From NCBI GenBank assembly GCA_013265495.1, contig MU057701.1, forward strand, positions 930,001 to 994,000: a DNA stretch of 64,000 nucleotides. The letters run 5' to 3'. How positions within the stretch are numbered: position 1 is the stretch's first letter; every line of letters starts with the position of its first letter. Source of the DNA: Vicugna vicugna (taxonomy: Eukaryota). Below are positions 28,331 to 41,558 of the stretch, piece after piece. Made by a program: the position numbers and the translations under genes. The notes below the pieces were generated by a model. That model worked only from the letters and a program-made list of their open reading frames with translations. It ran no database searches and had not been told where the DNA came from.

Positions 28331-29689
28331 GCCCCTGGGGTTAAGAGAAGGAAGCTTCCTTGGCTTCTGGTGAGCACAGGTTTCCTAGGCCCCAAAGGAA
28401 GACGGAGGTGAGGGTCTTGCCAACTAAGAACATTTTCCTCACCACTCAATAGCTTTTAAAATTACAGCAACCTGTTTGTTCTAGAACTAAACATAACTGA
28501 CAACTTTGGTTAAATAACAAACTTTTTGCCCTTTTATATGTGTGTGTGACATACATATATACATACACACATACATCCGCCTTTTTGCTGTGTACAATTT
28601 GTTGAGAAAGTACCAAGAGCAAATCCAGAGGGAAAGGTCTCATGTTACAGGTTCTCCTGATTGTTTAAGCGCCCCTGACAACAGAACTATTTGATTTTCC
28701 CATCCGTGTTTACACTGTCATCTTGGTCTCTGCAGAATCAAGCACTTGTGAGTGGATTTTTATCTGGCTTCTTGGACACCACTTACTAGTAAACCACAAC
28801 TTAGATTTTTGAAGCATGGCTGGGAGGCAAAGGCCCCTGGTTAAGTATAAAAGCACACAAATCCCTTACATGCCCCCCCCACCCCCTTTCCATGTGGAGA
28901 AAAATCTCCTAAATGGCATGGCATGGAAACAAAATTTTGAAATTATTAGTGATTTTCCCCAGCTCTGCAGGCAGGTTGGTGAGCAAACTTCAGCCAGCTT
29001 AGAAGCTGGGCAACTTTCCATGCCCAGTTACACAATATCACCTCCCCGTTTTCCTGGGTCCCAGTGCCCTCCAGACCGGCTCAAGAGCCCGTCATTATTT
29101 TTCTATTGTTTTAACGTCTGGTTTGCAGCATTTCTCCTCTGGCATGGAAGAGTTGGGTCTGCCCATTTGCAGCTCTTGCATCACTTCATTTAAAGTGATT
29201 TATCTCGCCAAATTGACAGTCTCCTTTAAAATCAGCTTTCACCCGGCAATAATCGCCAGTTATAGTTCATGTTTTTGCAGAGGTTGATTCTGACTCATTA
29301 TGTTCAACGTTGCCCATACACAGCTGAATAAAGTTCTGGTGGATATCCAATTCCTGGCTGTCAACTGTTGACCTCACAACTGCTTCCCCATTGATATCAC
29401 CATCTGTTGTCATGGGAAAGATTGTCTGATATTTGGGTTAAATGCCACTGAAGTCATTCAATTTCCATGTGGAAAAATAACCCAAAGTAAATTGCCCTGT
29501 GAGGTGCGGAAGCTATTTTTCCCAGAGATAGCGAATCGAACAGAACATCCAAATAAAAGCAAAACAAAAGCACCTCCCTGCAGAGAACCTCTTATTTCTT
29601 CATTCCCTCAGTAATTTTCATCTCATACATGAAATTGTGTGTGTGTTTTAAAGATTCAGGTGTCCCAAGGCCATTGGTTGGGACTGCAG

Positions 29690-30400
<711 letters not shown>

Positions 30401-32877
30401 CCATTGGAACAAAACCGAGCTGCAGGGATTTCTCCCACCTCCTAAGGGGGACGAACACTTGGCCTCTCAAAGTTGTCCCTGGGAACGTCTGTCCTGTGAT
30501 CTGTGAGCAATAAGAGCATCAAATCCTACACCATAAACCCGTGTGGGTTTGCCGGCAGGAGTGGGGAGGAGGCGAGGGTGAGGTGGCCAGTGAAGAGGAG
30601 GGTGCTGAGGGGCTGAGGGACAGGGTGGGAGAGAAAGAGTGATAGGGAGTTTTTCTAGATTAAATCAACAACAAATAGGCAAATTAGTGCTTAAGACAGT
30701 TTGGGCTTGTGGAAGGGAGGCTATTCCAGATGACAGAAAATACGTCCCGAAATGTGTCAGGGATTCCGAGAGGAACCAAGTCACTACATCCTAGGTTTGG
30801 TTACACTATTTTACTATATATACAATATTTATATTCTAGAATCAGAAAGGGGGAAAAAGCCTCAATAAAAGAGTTTTTCTTCTCCCTCCTCCTCCCCCCA
30901 ATTGAAATTGGTATCTAGTTGGCTAGATTCATCAAGCCCATAAGAGTGCCCTTTACCCACCAGATGCAAGAGGACCGAGAAGTAAAAATCCTTCCCAGCT
31001 CTCTAGTGATGGCTCATCTCCTCAAGAAAGGTGGATTTTTTTTTCTTTCTTTCTAAGAAAAACTCATTCCCTACTTAGGTCTGAATTCTTGAAATGGCTC
31101 TGTATATTGGGTCCTAAGCTAAGGACCCTTTCCCTCAGATTGAACAGAAACAGCATTCACCAAAGGGATAAGTAAGCTCACCATAGTAAACCCACAACCT
31201 TACTGACCTGTATCTCATTTCAACAGCTTCAAATCCAAAAAGAAGGGGAAATGCATTGAAATGAAGGCATTTTTTTTTTTTCTGAAGCACATGAGCCAAC
31301 AGTGAGATGCAGCTGCTAAAAGAAATAACAAACTTTTGCTGGAGGGGCAGGGGGATCATGTTTTCAAGAAAGACACTGGACAGCTAGAAGGGAAAAAATA
31401 GGGTGGTGAAAGGGCTGGACTCCATCATGGTCAAGATCTTTTGGAGGAACTGGGGATAGGCACACAAAAACATGTTATAGTTTGGATAATAATGAGTAGG
31501 TAGAAGATTTCAAGTGATAGGTTTAATTTCAGATTAAGAAAGAATATTCTAACTAAGATCTCCAAGAGAGCAGGCTGCTTTGAAGGATTGTGACAATGAA
31601 GTCCTGGCCATTGGGGGTATCCAAAGAGTACATGATACAAAGACACTGTAGAACAGGTTCCTGAATTAGGTGTGTTTGTGGTTTGAGTGCTGCAGTGAGA
31701 TAAATCAGTTCTAGAGAGGAGCTGGCTGTCTAGTCACAGGCTAACAATATGTTGGAGGGAGTTCCCTATGTCTGTAGTCTGGTCCTCAACTTTCCTCAGC
31801 TTGAAACTCAATTTTGTCAAGGGATCAGATTTATGGGACCAACTCATGTTAACCAAACTCATAAAAAGCAGATGTATAAACCAGAATGACGCTTATTAAT
31901 TTGCAATAGAGAGGATCTTGCAAAGGTGATTGAGAGGTCTAATTATTAATCAGAAGTTTGCCTATTGAGCATTAAATAGAATTGCAATTGAAGGTGGGCT
32001 AATCTTCCCTCATTCAAGTTTTAGAGGAGCATATTCTCCATTTCCTGGAGTATACCCCTCTAGTCACTACAAGGCTTTTGTACACCAGAGTCAGTGTCTC
32101 CAGATGCTGACCAAGACTGAAAAACACTGAAATTCATTCTTCTGAGTTTAGAGTTTATAGATGTCCTTACATTCCCTTCTTCCACATATTCATCCTTTAA
32201 GTCAAGTGGAATAAAATTAATTAGGCTTAAGCTTTCTCAGTTACAACCACATCTCAGACATAGCTGCCTGAGATTATATTCAAGTCACCCAGATCCAGTT
32301 TGGGGTGTTCCCGAAACTCTTCTGTTGCAGGAATGTTGTGAATGCCCTGAAGCCCACACCCTGAAATGTAGAGGCAGAGAGCAGAGTGGACATCTCCCAC
32401 GGGCTCCTAGAGGGTTCCAGGGTGGCACCAGCCTGGAAGAACTTGCCAGGGTCCAGGGCTGGGTCTTGGGCAGCATATGGCTTGCATGCTCAGAGCCATA
32501 TTCATGGTGGAAAGCATTAAGAGCTCAGAGACTGAACTATGTAAGCCAAAATGCTACTGTATTAATTTACAGTGAGACATCGACTCAGGCAGACCTGCAT
32601 GCTCAGGTCAGCCTGGCTAGTATTTTCTTTCTATAAACAAGTCACCTGGGAAGCCAAATTATCATCAGGGTGCTTGGTAATTTAAACCTGAGCCCCCGGG
32701 GGAATTCGTCATATGGTTGGAATGTTTAAAGGTATTGGTTTCTCATAGCCTAATATGTCCATCTTTCACATCTCAGGTGGAAGAATCTTAGAGCCTAACT
32801 GCCTTCCTCTTCCGTGCCAATTTCTGGCATTTTGAGTGTATCTTTCTGCTTAGCAAATATTTGTAGAGCATCTACTG

Positions 32878-34090
32878 TGTGTTGTATAATAAAGAATTTG
32901 TGCCAGGTTCCTGGCATGGACCTTCTAACCCTTGGAATTTCCCAAGTGATTGAAGCATCTTAATTATTCATGAGCTTCCTGAATCACACCTGAGTTTATG
33001 ATAATGAGGTAAGTCTTGGAGGACCCCGTGATTGCTTCGGGATGGGAGCTAGTTACCAGAAAGATCAGCCATGCGATTAGAGAGCTGGAACTTTGAGCCA
33101 GCCTGACCTCCAGGGAGCAGAGAGACGCTGGAGATTAGGTTCAATCGGATAGTCAGTGATTTAATTCATCATGACTGCTTGATGAAACCCCAGTGACAAC
33201 TAAATGGAGCTTCCTGGTTGGTGACCACATTGACATGCTACGAGGGTAACACACCTGGATCCATGGAGAGAGGACACTGAAGCTATGCTTTTGAGACCTT
33301 CCCAGATCTTGCCCTATATGTCTCTTCATTTGGCTGGTTCTGATTTATATCCTTTATAATAAAATTTTGATCATAAGTATAGAACTTTCCTGACTTTTGT
33401 GAGTTGTAGAGAACGATCAAAACTGAGAGATGTGTTTGCCATGCACAGGCTGACTGAGAACCCCTCCTCCTGGGTAGACCCCACACTTTTCCTTCTTTGC
33501 AGTCTGATTCTCTAATGACTATCCCTGGAGAAACCCTAGTTTTATGCTCGCTTGGCAAAAATAAGTTTGAATATTTCATGGTGGTTGATAGAACTTTGTT
33601 CTTAAAACATATGATTCAGATTCTTTAAAACTTGTTTAATGTTTATACCAAAGGTCATGCTCTGCAGGTGTATGTGTGATGGGTGCATAGAGGGGGAGAT
33701 CTGGGGGGCCTGGCCCTGTATGTATTACTAAGGGGACACAGTGAGACAATACGGGATTTAATTGAAAACACATCAGTCGTGGGTCACACTACCAGGGTTG
33801 TCAGGTATTTGTTCTTAATTGTTACTGTAATATTGTTTCAGGTGTTTTGTTTTTCTAATTTAATACTTCCACTCTGTTGTCTGACTGTGAACTGCTAACA
33901 GCGTTAAACTTGATGTAAATAAATGAGGCCCCTGAAAGAGGGGCGGAACCTAAGAGGGATCTAAATTTGTTCGCAGTCCTCTGAAATGAGGGCAGTCTTA
34001 TTCTGGATCATGCCCTTTAACTAGTGGGGTCTGTACTAACTCTGGGTTGTTACTGTCCAATTTGAATTGCAGTCCACCAGTTGGTATCAA
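32878..34090 (+). mobile_element. MER21-like ERV LTR, apparently interrupted at about 33430-33960
   Basis: acccttggaatttcccaagtga..cacacctgagtttatg..ttaccagaaagatc 5' part and taactctgggt..tgaattg 3' part resemble the recalled MER21. Confidence 0.5.
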
Positions 34091-34872
34091 AACACTATGT
34101 TCCAGGTGTTTTAGAAGCCAGAAATACCAGTTATCATCATTCTTCAAAAAGAGTACAGTATAACTGCTTTGGATCCCCCTTGGGTAAATCGGGGTCATGT
34201 TCTGGTTCTATTTCAGGACCATCTTGGTTGGGACCAGGGTCTCCCCAGATTCTTCAGGCTTTCACAGATAGCTGCCAGGTTTACTCCCACAGGCACTGGG
34301 CTAGGTCCTGGAATATTGGGACATAAATCCTCCCCTCAAGCGGCTCACAGACTGCTGTAGGAAACAACATTCAGTGATAGTGTTAAGGACAATATTCAAA
34401 AGTTATACCTGTTAGAAATGTTTACTGTGTATATAGTCAAATTTATTGCTTTTTTTTGTGATGTCTTCCATTCCTTTATAAAAGCCTTTAACGTTTATGC
34501 AAGTAACATGTATCATTGCAGAGTAATTAGATATTACAGATAAGAAAAAAAATCAACTATACCTGTTAGAAAGGAGACATCACATAAACTCTGGTTTAAA
34601 GAATGATTGGGGTTCACCAGATAGACCAAGGAGGGTGGGCACTGCAGGCTGAGAGGACAGCACACGCAAAGGCATGGTGGCAGGAGAAAGCGTGTGAGTC
34701 CACCCAGCTACAGGAAGTGGGGCGGCGCGCTAGGGAAGGAGGCCCGACTGGTACTGGAGAACCTCAATGCCGTATAGATGGACTCTCCCATAGACAAGGG
34801 TAAGTAGCTGCTTTTTAATTCTTTATTTTATTTTCCTATCACTCTACACTATTGTGATTAAAAATTTGGAAT

Positions 34873-35018
34873 GGGGGGAGGGTATAGCTCAAGTGGTAAA
34901 GCACCTGCTTAGCATGCATAAGGTCTTGGGTTCATCTCCAGTATCTCCTCTAAGAATAAATGAATAAACTGAATTACCTCCCCCTACCAAATCTTAAAAA
35001 AAAGGAAAATAAAAAAAG
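34873..35018 (+). mobile_element. tRNA-derived SINE (Vic-1-like)
   Basis: ggggagggtatagctcaagtggtaaagc...aattacctcccc followed by an A-rich tail. Confidence 0.85.
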
Positions 35019-35380
35019 AGTAGGCACAAGAACTACCACCATCACCCGAGCAATCACTGTAACATTCCTATGTTTTTCCTTCCAGGCTTTTTCTTAGCAT
35101 TTTCACACAAGTACCACCAGAGGATCCCCACTGTTTTGGATCCTACACCCTGACAGAGGTTCTTCCCCGTTTCACCTGTCATGTATACAGTCTTGTACTC
35201 AGGTTTTATTCAATGGAAAATGTTAAAATATTATTATAAAATCTTTGTAGATATGAAATCTCATAACTGCATAGTTTTCCCTCATTTCAGCAATTAGTAA
35301 TTTGTGAACATTTTAGGCTGTTTCCATTTTTGCCTCAACAGAGGAGTGGATGTACTGAGACGTGCTGGAATACTATAGAG

Positions 35381-35565
35381 CAGGGTTTATCCAGCTCAGC
35401 ACTACTGACATTTTGGGCAAGACAATTCTTTGTTGTGCATTGTAGGATGTTGACCAGTATCCCTGGTTTTATCCACTGGATACCAGTAGCTCCCCCCACC
35501 TTCAGTTATGTGAATTTAAACTGTCTCCAGACATTGCCAGATACTTCCTGGGGAGAAAATCCTGA
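35381..35565 (-). mobile_element. MER20-like relic
   Basis: Reverse complement of the same motifs (aattctttgttgtg..ttgtaggatgtt..tgtctccagacattgcca). Confidence 0.75.
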
Positions 35566-36215
35566 ACCATATTCATTGCTATACAGCAATGAAAATAAAT
35601 GAGCTACAATTACCAAAGCAAAATATAGAAGAATCTCATAAACATGATGTCAAGTAAAAGAAATCTGACACAGAAGAGTATATACACTGTGTAATTTCAT
35701 GTCTATAAATTCACACGTAGGCAAAATAATGTATGGATTTAAAAGTCAGGATATGGTTATCCTTGGGGATGGGTAGCGACTGGAAGGAGTATTAGGGAGG
35801 AGAGAAATTCTGTGGTGTTGAAGTGTTCTGTAGCTTGAGCTATTAATTTTTGATATCTTAAATAAGAAATGTTTACTGTGTATATAGTCAAATTTATTGC
35901 TTTCTTTTGTGATGTCTTCCATTCCTTTATAAATGCCTTTAACATTTATACAAGTAACATGTATCATTGCAGAGTAATTAGATATTACAGATAAGAAAAA
36001 AATCAACTATAATCATGCTGTCTAGAAATAACTACTATAAATATTTTGATATTTATCAAATTGAGTTGGTATCAGTTTCCAGGCTTTTGTCTATGCATAT
36101 ATGTCCATGTAAATATGCTACATAATTACTTTATATAAAAATGGGATCATGGTATATACATATGTCATGACATGGTTTTTAAAATTTCAGTGCTATGGTA
36201 ACATCTTTTCATTTT

Positions 36216-36341
36216 TTGTGTGTGTGAGGGAGGTAATTAGGCTTATTTATTTAGTTACTTTAATGGAGGTACTGGGGATGAAGCCCATGACCTTGTGAGA
36301 ACTAAGCATGTGCTCTGACCACTGAGCTATACCCTCCTCCC
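36216..36341 (-). mobile_element. tRNA-derived SINE (Vic-1-like)
   Basis: Same core; 16-bp TSD AACATCTTTTCATTTT at 36200-36215 and 36342-36357. Confidence 0.87.
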
Positions 36342-36559
36342 AACATCTTTTCATTTTAATAAATATTGGATTCCATGAGCATTTCTGATGGCTGAATTCC
36401 TAGACTATTACATTACTGAGTCAAAAGATACAATAATTTCACTATTTTTGCTATATATTGCTGAACTGTCCCCCACATATCTTGTGTCAGCTTACACTGA
36501 CCATTACTCAGTGTGGGCATGTAATAATGCGTATTTCTCCACAGGGGAATATCAAATCA

Positions 36560-37950
36560 TCAATATTTGATATCCTTGCTATTCTGAAGAGTTTTTATTT
36601 TTTTAAATTTTCTCTTTCTTTTAATTCACATTTCTTTGATTGCTAGTAATATTGTACATTTTTTCATGGATTTATTGGCCATTTGAATTTCTTTCGTTAG
36701 TGACCTGTTTGTATTTTTTGTCTCTTTATTAAGACAATCGTATTTTCCTTTATGATTTTAAGAGCTATTTATAGCCTAAGAATTTTAACCCTTTGTCCAC
36801 TATATATATATATTGCAAATATTTCCTCACAGAATTTTGTTTGGTTTTAAACCTTTGAGTGACTTTTTTGGCCATAGGACTTTTAAATTTTGTATAGTAA
36901 TCCATCCATCTTTTGCTTAACAATGTCTCTTGTGTCTTTCGTGTCATGCTTACAAAAACTTTCTCTAACTCAAAATTTTATATGTATATTTTTTTTCTAG
37001 TGCTTGTAGTTAAATCTTGATTCCATCTGGAAATTATTTTGGTATGTAGTATGAGGTAAGAATCTAATTTTATTTTTTTCTCAAATAACTGGAAAGTTGT
37101 CTAATCCAACTGGCAAATAAATCCATCCTTTCCCAAATTTGAGATGTCACCTTTAACATGGAGAGTATTAACTCCTAATAAATGTAGGTCTATTTCTAGA
37201 CTTTCTACTTTTCTCTGTTACTTCATCTACTTATTTCTAAGTCTATACGCCCACATTGGAACATTGCTATAATTATAGTGATCTTATAATATAGCTCTCT
37301 TTTCAAAAATTGTTTTGGCTATTAGAGCTTTTTTTCCCCAAGTGAACTTTAGGATTATTCTGCTAACCTAAAAAAAAATCCAACAGGATTTGCATTGAAT
37401 TAAAATTGCACTAAAGTTGCATTAAAATATAGATTAATTTGTAAAGGAATTGACAACAATCATGTGTTGTCTCTCTAGCCATGAAAATGGAATATCTCTA
37501 CATTTCTTTGTCTTCTCCCTCTGTCAGAATATTATCATTTTCTTCATCTAAGCTCTAAGCATTTCTTGTTAAATTTATTTCCTAGGGAGTGTGGAAAAGA
37601 TCTTTTTTCTCTTTATATTTTCTAACTGTTTTGGGTTGGTATATTGAAAAGCTACTGATTTGTATATATCCATATTTATTGATTATATCCCAATTCATGT
37701 ATATACAAAATTTTCCAAACTATTTCACATAGATTCCCTTGGGTTTTCCCAGCAGAAAACTGTATAATCTATAAATAATGATACTTTGCCTCTTCCTCTC
37801 AAATATTTTTTTAAACTTTTTTTTATTAAGTTATAGTCATTTTACAATGTTCCTCTCAAATATTTGTATAACTTCTGTGTTGCATTGATGAGAACTTTCC
37901 AAACTGTTGAATAATAGCAATCTAGTCATCATCTTCATTTTACTGGCATT
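36560..37950 (-). mobile_element. Old degenerate LINE-1 ORF2/3' region
   Basis: atttattggccatttg..tccatctggaaattattttggta..gcattgaatt..aaaagctactgattt motifs; boundaries approximate. Confidence 0.55.
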
Positions 37951-38574
37951 CCTCATTTCCAGGGAGCACTTCAAATGTGTCAGGTGCATAAGACTTTATT
38001 TTGCTTCAGGTATATTGAGCTATGGCTATATGTACACCCGTACCATTTCAACGTGGAAATTTGACAAATATCCCTATTCTTTTGTTCCTTTCTTAATACT
38101 GATCTGATTGTATCGTCCAGGTATTTTATCTTCTTGCTCATCATTTTTATCTCTTTACCTTTTCCCTTTTCATTCTGAATTCATTTTCAGTAGCATCTGT
38201 CCTGCCTTTGGCTCCTTCCAATAAGGAATTTTTACTAGCTAGCTGTTTTTTGTTGTTTATTCCATTGTCCTTTCATCTCAATCTACTCCCTTCTTATAAT
38301 TTCCTGATTCACCAGGACCATTTCTTCTTGTACTTTTGTGAAAATGCCTGTTTCTTGAAATTGTCTTTGGGATTCTTTGTCATTGTTATTTGAGGTGTGT
38401 CTTCCTCTGAGCATTTTTAAGGGGAAAATATTTTTATTACAGAATGTTACAAACATTCAGAAAGTTACTGAGAATAAGATATGGATACCTGTGTAAGTAT
38501 GACCCAGTTTTATTAAATCTTAATAACTTATCCATATATGCTTCATTTTTTTTAATATTAAAAAAATTACAAAT

Positions 38575-39142
38575 ACTGTTGGTGGTAGCCAATCTCCAAG
38601 ATACCTGGTGCCCAGTGAGGCCCACTTCCAGGTGCTCACACCCTGGGGAGTCCCCTCCCACATTGTAGGAGGACTGGTTTGAGTGACCAATAGCATATGG
38701 AGTAAGTGATAATACACACTTCCAAGATTAGGTTATAAAAAGACTGAACTCTCACCGTGGGTTCACATTCTCTTTTTTTTAAGATAATTTACTCTGGGGG
38801 AAAGTCAGCTGCCATGGTGGGAGGACACTCAGGATGTCCATAAGAGACCCATGGCAAGGAAGAAACTACAGCCTTCAGCCAACAGCCAGTGAGAAACTGA
38901 GGTCTGCCAACAACTGGTAAGCGAGCTTGGAAGGCAGATCCTCTCCCAGTTGAGCCTCCAGATAAGACTGAAGCCCCAGGCCTGAGCTTGACTGACACCT
39001 CCCCCTGACAGATCTGAACAGAATCACCTGGTAAACCACTCCCAGATTCTGGGGCCACAGAAACTGTGATTAATAAATGTTTATTGTTTTAAGCTGCTAA
39101 CTTTGGGGGGTAAATTTATTTTAGCAATTGATAACTAATACA
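38575..39142 (+). mobile_element. MaLR (MLT1-type) solo LTR
   Basis: Ends ccacagaaactgtga..aataaatgtttattgttttaagc..ataactaataca, a typical MLT1 3' end. Confidence 0.75.
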
Positions 39143-40059
39143 TAGTTGAAGGCCCTTTGTCCTTCCCTAATCCAATTTCTTTTCCTTCCCAGAGGTCATC
39201 ATTATGCTGAACTTAGGGTTTCTACCATTCTCTTGGATGTTTGTCCTATTATGACTATGCCAACTACTACTGTAAAAAGACATCTTATAAATAAACTTTG
39301 AAGGATTTAAAACATTCTAATTTCAAATTTTGGAACATTCCCCATAAATATGTGTTTGTAGTTCAATAAATGATCTTTGAAATGAATGATAGTAATATTG
39401 GGAAACTTTTCCTTTCCTAATTTGGGAACTGCCTTGTTTAATGTTACAATGAAATATAAGAGTACCTATTGTTGATAACAATAATTATTATAATAATAGC
39501 TGGCACCTACTGAGCACTGCTCTGAGTATTAAATCTTTGTATACACATATGAGTTTATACTTTTATTATCTCAGTTTAGAGACAAGAGAAAGGTTAAGTA
39601 ACTTGCCCAAGAGTATACAGCTAGGAATCAAGGACTATCAAAACCATAAGCTACTACCAGCGCTCTTTATATAAGGTAGAAATTAAAAGGAAAAAATTCC
39701 AGTTAACATAAAGCGTAGCTGTTAGAGGCTTCCCCTACAAATGGCCACAAGGTCTAAGTTGTTCATCAAAGTTGCCTTCTTCCATCTCGTATTCCATGTT
39801 CCTCCTATGCCCAGCTGGGAAGGGCTCTATGCCTGGTAGGGAGACTCAAATCTTTATTCCTGTAGGACCTGAGTTCCTGGTGGTCCTGTCCTTATTAGAT
39901 TGCTGTACTTTCCCATTGACCAGGTCTTTGGGACAAAGGTCACACTAAGATGTGCCCCCATCGAATCCTTGGATTCCAGACATTTCCTTTCTCCTCCACT
40001 AGTAGCAGAGCCATTTTCCTCTCTATAGTCACATTGATCACAAAGGCCAAGTTAAGGGA

Positions 40060-40442
40060 CTGTTATAGCTAGGGCTGCTATAACAGAGTACCATGGTGTG
40101 AGTGGCTTAAACAACAGACATTCATTTCTCACAGTTCTGGGGCTGGAAGTCCAAGATCGGGTGTCAGGGTGGTTGGGTTCTGGTGAGAGCTCTCTTCTTG
40201 GCTCACAGATGGCTGCCTTCGTACTGTATCCTCACATGGCAGAGAGAGAGACACAGAGACAGAGACAGAAGAGACCGAAAGCTGTCTGGACTCTTCCCCT
40301 TCTTATAAGTACACATCATGGGGCTCCACCTTTAGGACTTCATCTGAAACTAATTACTTCCCAAAGCCTCACTTCCTGATACCATAACACTGTGGCTCCT
40401 ACCAGTGGATTTTGGGGTAACATAAATATTCAGCTCATAACA
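40060..40442 (-). mobile_element. MaLR (MLT1A/B-type) solo LTR
   Basis: agggctgctataaca..gcttaaacaacaga..tctcacagttctgg..ggaagtccaagatc..ttcagctcataaca. Confidence 0.75.
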
Positions 40443-41218
40443 AGGATCCCCTTCTCTGCCTATTGATTCAGCAGCGTGAGGAGTCCCAGATGGCCATGGG
40501 GCAGCCTCAGCTTCCAACTGAATAGAGTTATGATAGTGTTTCCTGACCTGCACATCTCTCCACTGGGCACTAGGACCTCTGGACCCACTGAGCCCCAGAT
40601 CACTGGCCAGGAAAGCAGAACATTCTTCCAGCGAAGTATTAGGGGTTAGAGTGGGAGAAGCCACTCCCACCTCCTCTCCTTGGTTCCTGGACCTGCGCGT
40701 TCCAGCAGTGTCTAAGTCTAGGAAAGGCAGTGCTAGCAGAAGCCCTTCAGGCAAGGGAGGCAAATCCATACCCAGAACACGTGTCTGTCCTTGTGAGGAC
40801 GAGGCGCTGTCCACACATCCCCAGGCTTATTGCAAACAAGGGATTATTGTTTTGCCTCTCAGGATGCGACCCTCCCCTTGGAGAAGCGCCCTCTGCTGGC
40901 CTTTCCTAAGATCTGCGGCCGTGAGCATCCTCCTCCGCCTCTACGGATGTGGGTTCCTCACTGCTTTTGGTGGTCCTTTCTGCTTTTACTTGAGGCGTTT
41001 CAGATGGCTCCTAGTTTCAGTGATGGTGATGTTTGTGGTTCTGCTTCTCATCTTCCCTGTGCTTTTGTAGGATTTCTGAGAGGAGTAGAGAAAAATGGCA
41101 ATTTTGCTGTAGTTTTTAATACTGAAATCTGGTAAATATTTAAAGTATGATAATTCTGAATGTTAAAGTTATTGGCTAGGATTTTAATGTTAATTCTGAT
41201 GTACTTTCTGACATTCTT

Positions 41219-41349
41219 TTATTTATTTATTTTTTTTCAGGAGAGGTAATTAGGTGGGTTTTGTTTTTCTGGAGGTACTGGGGATTGAACCCAGTACCTC
41301 ATGCATGCTAAGCACACACTCTGCAACTGAGCTGTACTCTCCCTGCTAC
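41219..41349 (-). mobile_element. tRNA-derived SINE (Vic-1-like)
   Basis: Same core; TSD CTGACATTCTT at 41208-41218 and 41350-41360. Confidence 0.87.
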
Positions 41350-41558
41350 CTGACATTCTTAAATGAGTTTTGAAAATTTGGACTAATACAATACTAATAA
41401 GTATTTGTATTTATCTAAGCCTTTAAAATTTAAAATTCCAAAGTGATCCAGAAAAAGAAGCAAAACTAATTGTTGCTGTTAGAAATAAGGCTACTGGTCA
41501 CCCTGGGAGGAGATAGTCATTGGAGAGGGCAGGGGAGAGTAATGTCCCATTTCTTGAT

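Noticed and set aside
34873..36341. Inverted SINE pair able to form dsRNA
   Set aside because: Intergenic, short and diverged; no evidence of a transcript spanning both
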